Positions 49,322 to 60,000 of a stretch of DNA of 64,000 nucleotides are shown piece after piece. Below the pieces are notes generated by a model that saw only the letters and a program-made list of their open reading frames with translations, was not told the DNA's origin and made no database searches. The stretch is taken from positions 12,011 through 76,010 of the IMG/VR virus record IMGVR_UViG_3300028607_003725; one strand, written 5' to 3'. The position numbers and the translations under genes are program-made. This stretch comes from a virus. Numbering within the stretch: position 1 is the first letter of the stretch; each line of letters begins with the position of its first letter.

Positions 49322-52279
49322 ATGTATAGCTCTAGACAACTACAGATTATTGAAAATTTAACTAGAGAGTTCCTGTCAGACAAAGGCAGATTACCCACTA
49401 AACAAGAATTAGAAAAACATCTTAATAGAACTAAAGAGTATGCTCCTTTTGTTTCTCCAAAAGTACCTTTGAAGAATGCCCTTAGTAATGCTTCATATAT
49501 AACGAAAACTTTAAGAGACCTTTTGCTAGATAGTAATTCAATACAAGAATTAATCAAAAAATTAATAGGTAAAATTGAAAGAATATTAACAACTAGTAAA
49601 GCTGAATTAGAATCTATACAGAAAAGAGCAGCTAGATTACTAGAATTATATGAAAGTACTGATTTTAAAACTTCTATATATAATGATTTTCCGGGGGTAC
49701 CCGATGAAGAATCTTATAATGTTCATTATGATGCGTCCGGTATAAAAATATTACCATCTACTAGCGAAGAATTAACTTATACTCATGGTATAAATAGCTA
49801 TAGTGCTGATGGAACTAATGTAACTTTACAAATAATAAGTACTTCAAATCCATTAGCTGTTTTAGCAAATGGTGTATCTGAAGGGGCAAAAGGTATATCT
49901 ATTGCTGTTTCTCTTAGTAATGCTCCAGTATATGTATCATCCATTTATATACAATGTGCTCCTATTACTATAGAAATATTAGTAAATAATATTTCTATAG
50001 TTACAAAAGATGTTATTGGAAGTGAAACGTTTATAATAGGAGATGAAGTAACTTCTTTAGAAATTCGAGCATATGATACAACCCCACAAGTAATGGTAAC
50101 AATAGATACTTTTCAAATATTTAAATCTGTTTATGGAACAGACGAGGGTTTTGATACTGGAGTTTATATTTCTCCAAAACTAGATTTGGGAAAAGAGAAT
50201 GGAAGAACTATTTTTTCTCCAAGTGTTTATATACCAGCAAATGCAGGTATAGTGTGGTATTATTCAACAGATTATGGGGTTTCTGGACCAAGTGCAGATT
50301 GGACTATTGTTGAAAAAGATGAAAATGAAGTAATGCATTTGTGGTGGAATTCTTTGGGACAAACAGGATCAATAATTAACACTACAAGTACCTCAGGTAA
50401 TCTAGCAAATATAGCAAGCTTAGCTCAGTTAGCTTCGCCTGGAGCAAGTGGAGCAAGTGGAGCAAGTGGAGCAAGTGGAGCAAGTGTACCTTTTTCTATT
50501 TTAGAATATCAGGACTTAAAAGTACAAGCAGGACTTGGTAATATTATTTTTATAGCTGATGTGGATCTTAAATTGTATAGGTTTACTACACATATGGAGA
50601 TAGACGAGGCAGGGTATCTATTTGAATTTACTAACCCAACTACAGATGAAGGAAAACTTATTACAAATGTAAGTATAGTGTCTTCAACATTTACACATAA
50701 CGAAATAACAGGAAGTACTGATGTAGTATCAATTGAAGTTCCAGCAGGCAAACATAAGGTTAATATAGAACTACTTGAAGATGATAGATTTCTAGAAATG
50801 GTGAATAATGATGGTAATTTAGATTTTTCAAATATAGTAGATAAAATATCAAATAAATTTGGAGTTGAATTTAATCCTAGAAATATATTTAACAAAGATT
50901 ATTTAGGAAGAACTCCTACTGTAAGTATACAGCCTAATACATTAACCGACGTGGATTATACAACTATTCACTACATGAGACCTCTGGATAGATTTAATTC
51001 AATGTGTATTTTACCTTCTACAATAGTGCAGGTAGAAAATTGGTCAAGTTCCCCCGAATTATATTCTATTGTTCCCATTTCTGATGTATATACAAAGAAT
51101 GCCGAATATAGTGCCATAAAAGAAACTCACACATATGGAGGATCAGGCGGTAATTGGTATTATCTAAACGAGTTATACCATAGTCCAACCGGAGCTACAG
51201 GTATTGACGTCACTACATATGTTGGTTCTACTGGAGGTATTTGTTATGGATATGATAGTAATCCTATTCTTGATCCTACTACAGATCTATGTGCTAGTCA
51301 TGATTACGATTTTCTAATAGTGCCAGATACTACTGCCTCCCGTCAAGATGAATTCTATTACAGAGGACTAGACCCAGTAGCTGTATTTGAATTAGAATGG
51401 TCTGCTAAACCTGGAGCTACTGCTAGTATTGCAGCGTCTAGTTATAATACAACAGACTATTGGACCTGTAATTCATGTGTAACAGGAGCTACGTTTTTAC
51501 TAAGTAGAGAGCCTGATGAGGCTCCTACAGCAATAGAATCAGCTGGAATTACTTATGGAGTCACATATTCTGGTCCGACCGGACCTGGGGAAAATGGTGG
51601 AACAATACATTTAGCAGAAGCCCCTCTTTCTTCATCGATGACCTTTATCGTAGACTATGATGCTACTGCAAGTATTAGAGACCATGTTGCAGGTACGTCT
51701 CTTGTTATGGTACAAAATTTACCAGCATTTCCTGATGGAGCTACTGCCGTAGAGGGTCTAGAGTTAGGTATAAGTTTAACTGAATTTAGTGGAACTGAGG
51801 CTGCACCAGAAGATTTTACATTACATCATGATGTTTTTTCCGTTATATCTTTAGAATATTTGAGTGGGGAAGGGGTTACAGCTACTCTAACTGGCTGGAC
51901 TAGTGGAGCAGAAGGAGCCATAGGTGGAGCTTTATTGGCTATAAATGGTCAGACTATAACAGTTAATACTCAAAATTTAACACTAGATCAAACTCTATTC
52001 ATAACCTATGATACTATGGACTTATCACAAGGCTATCCTTTTGGTTTAAGTTACAATTATTTTAATCCAGTGTCTTATCATTTTTCGTATGATTACGTTG
52101 AAAAAGAGTATCTAACTGCTACTGAAATTTATGGTAGTACTGGAATGTTAGCGCATTTTTATGACATATCTTATTATATACCGGAAACGGATGATGATGG
52201 GATTTATTTAAAAGCAGTTATGCAGGGCACTGACTCAGAAACCCCTATAATAAGAAGGATTAGATTTAATAATGAATAG
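49322..52279 (+). CDS. Putative virion structural protein (985 aa)
   Basis: Coiled-coil N-terminus, beta-rich body, (GAS)5 tract, C-terminal ETPIIRRIRF similar to the ends of 47804..49321 and 52550..53674. Confidence 0.45.
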   Translation: MYSSRQLQIIENLTREFLSDKGRLPTKQELEKHLNRTKEYAPFVSPKVPLKNALSNASYITKTLRDLLLDSNSIQELIKKLIGKIERILTTSKAELESIQKRAARLLELYESTDFKTSIYNDFPGVPDEESYNVHYDASGIKILPSTSEELTYTHGINSYSADGTNVTLQIISTSNPLAVLANGVSEGAKGISIAVSLSNAPVYVSSIYIQCAPITIEILVNNISIVTKDVIGSETFIIGDEVTSLEIRAYDTTPQVMVTIDTFQIFKSVYGTDEGFDTGVYISPKLDLGKENGRTIFSPSVYIPANAGIVWYYSTDYGVSGPSADWTIVEKDENEVMHLWWNSLGQTGSIINTTSTSGNLANIASLAQLASPGASGASGASGASGASVPFSILEYQDLKVQAGLGNIIFIADVDLKLYRFTTHMEIDEAGYLFEFTNPTTDEGKLITNVSIVSSTFTHNEITGSTDVVSIEVPAGKHKVNIELLEDDRFLEMVNNDGNLDFSNIVDKISNKFGVEFNPRNIFNKDYLGRTPTVSIQPNTLTDVDYTTIHYMRPLDRFNSMCILPSTIVQVENWSSSPELYSIVPISDVYTKNAEYSAIKETHTYGGSGGNWYYLNELYHSPTGATGIDVTTYVGSTGGICYGYDSNPILDPTTDLCASHDYDFLIVPDTTASRQDEFYYRGLDPVAVFELEWSAKPGATASIAASSYNTTDYWTCNSCVTGATFLLSREPDEAPTAIESAGITYGVTYSGPTGPGENGGTIHLAEAPLSSSMTFIVDYDATASIRDHVAGTSLVMVQNLPAFPDGATAVEGLELGISLTEFSGTEAAPEDFTLHHDVFSVISLEYLSGEGVTATLTGWTSGAEGAIGGALLAINGQTITVNTQNLTLDQTLFITYDTMDLSQGYPFGLSYNYFNPVSYHFSYDYVEKEYLTATEIYGSTGMLAHFYDISYYIPETDDDGIYLKAVMQGTDSETPIIRRIRFNNE
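50441..50485 (+). repeat. Perfect 9-bp tandem repeat (GGAGCAAGT)x5 encoding (Gly-Ala-Ser)5
   Basis: Five identical in-frame units read directly from the sequence. Confidence 0.97.
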
Positions 52280-52550
52280 TAATAAGACAAGTAAAACTAC
52301 AATAAGAAGTGGGTATCCTCTTGAGAGCGATAAGATGAATCAGACTATAGAACATTTTCTTTATGATATAGCAGTTATCTTATCAACCCCGATGCCTGGA
52401 CTAATTAATAACGAGAGTATGGATTTGTATTTTGGTGCAACAGGTTATGTAAATGAATACGTAGAAAACCTAAATCAAAGTCAACTGGGTATCCAAAAGA
52501 TAGGAGACCTCATAGAAAAAGACCATACATCTAATTGGAGACAAGTCTAA
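52272..52550 (+). CDS. Small putative structural protein (92 aa)
   Basis: Coupled to both neighbours. N-terminus IRSGYPLESDKMNQTIEHF resembles that of the next gene. Confidence 0.55.
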   Translation: MNSNKTSKTTIRSGYPLESDKMNQTIEHFLYDIAVILSTPMPGLINNESMDLYFGATGYVNEYVENLNQSQLGIQKIGDLIEKDHTSNWRQV

Positions 52551-53674
52551 TGAGTTATGATCCATTTGACTATGGCGATCAACTAAACCCTGAAAAGCTA
52601 AATAATAAATTAGAGCAAATAAATAAATTATTGTCTCGTGCCTATGTACACAATAATGAACTACGTAAACGAGTTGAAACTTTAAATATAGCTTTTTCTT
52701 TAGCCAATGAGGATTTAGCAGGGGCTACTATAGGAACCTCTACAGGTTATACTGAAGCTTCAGTAGGAGCGAGTGGTCATGAGGTAATTATAGGAGGCAA
52801 GCATTTTTCTGCTGATTATACCAGTACTAGTGTCACTGTTATAGACACCAACAACACACAAGACGATAACTATAGTCTTATTCTTTCTAATACCGATACT
52901 GTAAGTAGAATACCACTTACTCTTAATTTATTCAATGAGTTAGAGCCAAGCTTAGGAACTATATTAACGTCTTCTTTAGATGATTTTGATCAAACTAAAC
53001 TCTGGACAATGTTAAGCCCATCTGCTGTTTGGGCAGATACTAGTGCTTCTGCAACGGGTACTATTTATATTGAAGTACCTGCTACTTTAACACCTTTACT
53101 AAATAGAATCACTATTAAACCTATCACAGGTACAGGATATAAACTACAGTATGAAGATTTTGGAGGAGTTTATCATTTTGTTGACCCAACCATGAGTAAT
53201 GGCTATCATACTGGAATGAATACTTATCATATAGATGGAAGTAAATTTTCCGGTGTACTAGAGGTTATATTAAATGGTACTAATATATCTTCGTCTTACC
53301 ATTATGGTCTCTCTACTATTAACATGGACTATAGAAAGTATGTAAGCACAGGGGATGCAACCATTGATCTTGCTCTAACTTCTAGTGTTGCTAAAAATTT
53401 AACATATGTAAATGCAAATTTTGAAGATAGTAATGATGTAGCTGCAGAGAATGCAATTATACGGATATCAGCAGGAGCAACGGGTGTAGCGTTTGACGAT
53501 AATATTATATATGACTCTACTTATCATCAATATCCATTACTAACATCATCGTATCCTCTAGAGGATCATTCAAATACTATAGTAAATACAGTTTATATAA
53601 AAGTTACGTTAAAGCAGAAGACAGAGAATACGCCTGCACTTAAAGATTTAACTATAAGATATGAGGAGGTATAA
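52550..53674 (+). CDS. Putative virion structural protein (374 aa)
   Basis: ATG at 52550 overlaps the previous stop (TAATG), preferred over TTG at 52535. Helical N-terminus, beta-rich body, ends ENTPALKDLTIRY. Confidence 0.5.
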   Translation: MSYDPFDYGDQLNPEKLNNKLEQINKLLSRAYVHNNELRKRVETLNIAFSLANEDLAGATIGTSTGYTEASVGASGHEVIIGGKHFSADYTSTSVTVIDTNNTQDDNYSLILSNTDTVSRIPLTLNLFNELEPSLGTILTSSLDDFDQTKLWTMLSPSAVWADTSASATGTIYIEVPATLTPLLNRITIKPITGTGYKLQYEDFGGVYHFVDPTMSNGYHTGMNTYHIDGSKFSGVLEVILNGTNISSSYHYGLSTINMDYRKYVSTGDATIDLALTSSVAKNLTYVNANFEDSNDVAAENAIIRISAGATGVAFDDNIIYDSTYHQYPLLTSSYPLEDHSNTIVNTVYIKVTLKQKTENTPALKDLTIRYEEV

Positions 53675-53678
53675 ATAA

Positions 53679-54086
53679 ATGGCAAATGGTCCAGATAATA
53701 ATGACCTATATCTGTTAGCTCTACTACTAAGAGAGGCATTAGAACAATCTTCTGCCATATCATCTGTTGATAGAGATTTAATAGCAGATGCTATCAATAT
53801 AATAAAGAACTTAGAAAGTAAATTAAATAATTTAGCAACTAAATCATACGTGGATCTAAAAATAGGCAACGTAGAAGATATGTTAGGGCCTTTGATAGCG
53901 CAAATAGCTTCTATAACTACAAAAGTATCTAAAATAATGCTACCCGATACTCCGAGGTACTATTTAGAACAAAATGAAATTGATTTTATTAAAAAAAGTA
54001 TGCCTCAAATTTCAAAAATGATGGTAGAATTAGAAAAGCTAAAAAATGATTTAATTATAAGTGCTTCACAGCAAAAGATAATCTAA
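53679..54086 (+). CDS. Coiled-coil hypothetical protein (135 aa)
   Basis: Strong GAGGAGG Shine-Dalgarno; heptad-like helices. Confidence 0.6.
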   Translation: MANGPDNNDLYLLALLLREALEQSSAISSVDRDLIADAINIIKNLESKLNNLATKSYVDLKIGNVEDMLGPLIAQIASITTKVSKIMLPDTPRYYLEQNEIDFIKKSMPQISKMMVELEKLKNDLIISASQQKII

Positions 54087-54093
54087 AATAATC

Positions 54094-57000
54094 ATGCAGG
54101 TTACGCTGAGAGGACATCATCGGGATACTTTCAAGCTTGCTCCCATAAATACACTAGAGGATGCTAGTACATTTATATACGGGGCAGTGGACGAAGATGG
54201 AACCCTTACACTAGAGCTAGAACTTATTGCTTGGAAGGTATGGATACGTCCAAGATTAAGTACTGTATTCAAGTTAGCCAGCGTAGATGTACCAGAAGTT
54301 CTTTACTATATACGAACTGCAAATCCCTTTATAGACTCACAAGGTGTAATTGACCTTGTACCTACAGCAGACCAAACTCTAATATCTATATTAGTGACAG
54401 ATGCGTTCAATACTTTTCCTCATGTTCGTTTATATGATACCCTAAGAATAACTTTAATTCAAGATAACTTATATTTTGGAGGCCCTTCAGGGCCAAGTGG
54501 GCCCCCTGATCTTAGTGTTTTTACGTTTGATGGAACTGAAACCTCTATACCTATTATACACAGTGGTTCGACTCAAGACTTTAATTATACCATTGATTTA
54601 TCAGGGCAATCATTTGAGTCTAATGGTACGTATGAATCTACTGAACTGTTAGATTATTATATAAGTTTAAGTCAAGTATCTGACAATCTGTTAGTTTTTC
54701 CGTCTGACCCCTTTACTATTGATAGCACAGATCCTACTATTACTCCAGGAAGTATTGCATTAACCAGTTCCTTTAGTACGGTTGCAACTAGCACTTCTAC
54801 TCCTAGTGTACTTTTAATCACTGCTGGTGGTGCCATGGCAGATACACTTTCCGGAATGGCAAAAGTAAAAGCACAACCTTTTATAGGAGGTAGTGCTAAT
54901 TATCAAGGAGCTTCTGCTGCGAACGTAGGATATGATCAATTACAAATATCATCACTTTCTTCTTGGGACGGACAGGCTTTATCTGAGTTAGAGGGATTTT
55001 CTGTTGTTGTTCATTCTTCTTTTTATAATACTACAGGTACCTGTACAATATCAACATCCCCTACCCCTATTGTAGTTGATGGAAATCTTGATATTACATG
55101 TGATGAAGCAGATATTTTAGGGACAGGTGTTACATTTAGTAACCATACTGTAGATTTTTATTTACTTCCACACGGTACCGTTGACGAACAAATAGATTAT
55201 TGGGAGTATGATTTACAGTATGGAACAGGTCAATCCTATAATATACAACTTGATCTAGGAGTTCCATCTTATTGGATGACTATATATGGCGCTAAATATG
55301 GAGTTGCTATAGCTGCACAAGATAAAGCTGGTAATTATTCAAATGGAGCAGATGTTGACTTCTATCCCTCCTTAACCTTTGATCCTTATGGTCTTTTTCC
55401 TCCAGGCTTGGCTTGGAATTTTTTAGATGGGCAGACTGGGTCTAATGTTTATCCTAATGAAAATGGATGGTTTACTAGTAATCAACTGTGGATAGATATA
55501 TTTCTTGTAGAGGTAATAGACAATGCCCCTGCAGCATGGATAGAGATTAATGAAGGGGACCCTACTGATGATGATGACTGGAATGTTGCAAATGTAGCTC
55601 CTGGACAGGGTGCAAAATATCAGTTTCAAACACAAGGTACCTACTCTTTTTATGTAAGATCTGTGAACACAGAAGGATTAGCAACAACGCCTTATAAAAT
55701 TGAATATCAGTGGGATAGTATTAAACCTACTATAACAGGTGTTGCTTGTGTTAGTTCTGAATATGTAGATTGCGTTCCTCCAGGTAGTAATGCTCCTATA
55801 TCTGGTTTTAATAGGATATATTTCACGTGGAGTAATAGTGGCCTAAGTTTAAATGATGGGGACCCTGCTTTACAAGGGTACACAGGCTCATCTTCGGGAA
55901 TTGAATCATTTATAATACATAAAAGTTCTAGTTTACCAGTGGTTGATTCTAATTCTAATCCTGTTAAGAGTTTCCCTGCTGAGTCCAGTACAATTTTAGA
56001 AGATGGAAACTTGGTACTAATAGACGCGGGTGTGCCTTATGCTTTATGGAATTTCGGTCTAGAATATCAGTGGTATCTTGGATGGGAGAATGATTTCCTT
56101 ACTGGACCTACTTTTCTGACAGAAACTGAGAGTATGACCCAGATAGATTTATCAATATATCCGGGGCACCCTAAACCAGATGGTACTTACTATGTATATG
56201 GTACTTGGGTTAACCTAGAACCTGATGATATTACTGAAATTGCAACTGTTCCTACGACTTCTGAGGAATATACTGATACAAGTTTTTCTTTAACGGGTAC
56301 CAATACAACTGATTACTATTATTGGCTTTCTGTTAAAGACAGAGCAGGCCATATAAGTGCTGGTACATCTTTAAAACCTCTTCCATTTTTATTAGTCAAT
56401 AGTGAGGCTTTACATACGGTTCCTCTGGTACCGGCAGACGTAGATGGACAGTTACAATTAGTAAAAACGATCCTACAAAAGGATACAATTGGTGCGCATG
56501 GATGGGAAACCTATGCTGCAACATCCCTTTATGGGGTTAGTGTGCCCATTGGAGCTGTTTCAGTAATAACAGATCTAATTTATAACAGAGTAAGTCTTTA
56601 TCATTCCAAAGTAACAGCTATCACAGCTATTGAATATTATAATCCAAATACAAGTGGGTGGGCTTCAGTTTCTTCACCAACAATAAATGGAAATGATGTA
56701 TCACTAGGGTATGCTGTTAATGGTGCCGGCGTTAACAGCAACAGTATCACAGTAGATTTACAGGTCAGTAGCTTAGCTCAAATAGATTTTGGAGGAGGGT
56801 GGGCCCCGGAAAACTATAACTTTACAACAGGGCAAACAGTTATAGAATATGGAATGACTGGAGACGGAGTATGTACGCCAGTAGGAGCAGCTTCCTTATC
56901 AGGTTGTACAGGAGATTGGACTTTAAATAAGCATTTTCATGATACCTTTATAATTAGTGTAGATAATAATAATCCTACTATAACATTTGATCCACCTTTA

Positions 57001-60000
57001 CCTACTTTTAATACATCCGTATTTGTACTTAATAGAATTGGAACTTTACTACCTAGTCATAAAACAACAACGGTATCCTTTACACCAGTTGACGAAATGT
57101 ATTCATGGAGATTTATTGTAGCCGGTAATCCTGCAGCCGATTGTAGTGGAGGTACATTTACAGATGAATTTGGTTGTACCAGTGATGGTGAAACTTGGCT
57201 TAATAAAGAATTTGAAACAAGTGATTTTAACTTTGATTCTTTTCTAGCTGCTGATTTAATAGTAGGAGGTACCCTAAGGTTAGAAACAGGATTAAGTATC
57301 TGGAGTGGTGGATATACAGGAGGACAACCTCAAGGATCTGGTATAATTTTAGATCAACTAGGAATGCAGATGTTTGACTCTTCTGGGAATTTAGTTGTTA
57401 GGTTGGATGCTGGTGCTGAAGTAGGGACAGGAGGTTCTTTTAAATTTGGTAGTCAGCATTCTAATTTATCTTTTGATACCACTTCAGGTAATTTACTATT
57501 AGTAGGAACCCTTACCCAAATAATGCCAGACCCGGATATACCTTTTCCTATGGTACAACGCGGTATATGGGTCTATGATTATAATACACCAGATGGATAT
57601 TCCCCTGGTTCAATAGTATTATGGAATGGAGGATGTCAGAATTCTGACCAAACAGACGAAGCAGGATGTACGGTGGCTGGAGGGAATTGGCTAGGAGAAG
57701 GAGATGGTAATTATTATATAAACTCCGTAGGCGGAGGACAAACTGCAAATAACTCATTATATCCACCTAATGCTCCATGGGACTTATTTGCAGTAAATGC
57801 ACCACAATCAGCAAAAGTAATATCTATTCATGCATCTTCTCAAGTATTTGTAGTTCCAAGTGGTGTGACTACTTGGGCCTTACCTCTTTATTCACAGATA
57901 GATGTGGACAGTCAAGGTATATTTCCCGAGAGTGGTGATTGGGAAATAGAAGCCATAGGTTATATTGGGTCAACCCCTTACTCTATACCTTTATTTGCTG
58001 GAACCATAGGTCCTAATTTCTCTTGTAATGGTGCTACCTGTAGTATGACAGATGGGCTCCAATATACTAATGGAACGACTGCTAGATTATGGTCCGCTGC
58101 ATTAGTTAGAGGTATTAGTATAGATCAAGCAGGTCAATATATTGATCATTCCCCAGAGAGATTTGACTATGCAGAATGTTCTATTACAGTTGTTAACACA
58201 GTTGATGGTGCAACTTATGATGACACAGTAACAGTCATACTAGCAGACGATGGTAGTGATTCATTCAACGTAATTCTCTCCAACGAAAGCCACTTAGTTC
58301 AAACATTTTCAGATGGATACTCATATGGAGATTGGACTAATAGTTTTACGGTTGTTACTTTATTACAAGGTACTCAAGTACAACAAGAGACATGGGTAGC
58401 TGTTGTAGATTATGGACCAACTTTTGATGTAAACAGTATGGACTATATTGAGGTGGGCTCTAGCAAAGAAATAGAAATATCGTATAATGGTTCTGCAACA
58501 CCTACTGTTTCTGTAGATTTAACAGGGCCAAATTTTGCTAGTACACAATCCATTTATGTGGATATAGGAGTTTGGCAAACGGAAGATGATTTTACTGCTG
58601 ATCCAAATAATCCTCCAGTAACTAAAACATTTAATATATCTAAAGCAATACAAGGGCAAACAGGAAGTGGAGCACAATCACTTAGCTTAGCAGCCTCTTC
58701 TCAATTCTTTTTATTTGATGGTTCATTTGGTGTACCTCAAAACGGCGCAGCTATAATAGATTTCACAGCAGGGTATTTAAATATAGATCAACATACCACA
58801 GGCTGGCGAGTAAAGGTACTAGACAATGCAACAGGTGGTTATATTTATCTCCCATACAATGATGCCGTGTGGGGAGGTAATAATCCACAGTCAACATCTG
58901 CCTCTATCAGTGTTACTGATTTTGTAACAGAAATAGAAGGTCCCTATACAGTAAGTGAGGCAACGATACAAGTATGGGATACGGGACCAACTAGCTTTAG
59001 CTATGATACTGCCTTGTACAAAGACGAACTAACAATTCATCAACTTTTCTCTGGAGCAGATTCTTATAATATTATATTATCTAATGAGACTTACATAGAG
59101 AGCTCGGGGTCGGTTATTACTGATATTACAACAGATATAGAAGTGAATACCTATCATGGTACCAGTTTAATAAATTCAGAGGCTATAATAAGTTTCAGTG
59201 GAGGACCGGGGGTAACTGCTTTAGGAACAACTGGATCTAGCTATATACCTTTACCAGGAAATATAGCTCCAACTGGTACATTTGAATTTAGAGTTACCTT
59301 AAATGTAGAGGTTAACAATAGCTATGCTGAGTTTGCAGTAGAGCATAATGGACAGGCAATAACAACTAAACAATTTAATATTACAAGAGTAATAGATGGA
59401 GAAGTAGCACATGTATTTTTCCTTAATCCAGAAAGTCAGGTAATTGTTTTTGATGAAACAGGAACTGCTATCACTCCATTTGTAAATATAGATGCTCAAA
59501 CTTCTTTAGTAACTGATTCAAATGATGATATTGATTGGTTTATTCTAGATGCAGCAGGTGCTACAATAGATTCTGCTACAGGAGGCTCTTCTGGATCCTA
59601 TATAGAATTTGTACAACCAGATATAATATCAGTTAATGCAAGCGGAATCTTTCAAGATAATTTTGGAATTTTCAGTGATAAGAAATTTAAAGTGTTTGCA
59701 GAACATCAAGGAGTAACTGGATTTTCCGGTTCTTCCTCTTCAGATACAACTACATTACATTTAGTACAAGAACCTGCATCTGTTCAATCTTTTGAATTAA
59801 CGCAGACCTCTGAATCATTCTTATATGGTCAAGACGTTAGTGAAGACGGCCCAACTGCCATTATAGCAACGGTTGTAAAAACATCAAATCTTCCAGGGTT
59901 ATCAAATTTTACTTGCAGCCTTCCTTTATGTAGGGAAAACCCGGGAGGTAGTCTAATAGGAGGAGGTGGAACTGCAGGTACAGCATTAGCTTCAGTAAAA

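Noticed and set aside
51005-51088. CILPSTIVQVEN..VPISDV resembling an intein block A in the 985-aa protein
   Set aside because: No downstream TxxH block B or HN-[CST] block G found; coincidence or at most a remnant.
52535-52549. TTG start at 52535 given in the ORF track
   Set aside because: ATG at 52550 overlaps the upstream stop in the TAATG pattern used throughout the operon and aligns the N-terminus with its paralog.
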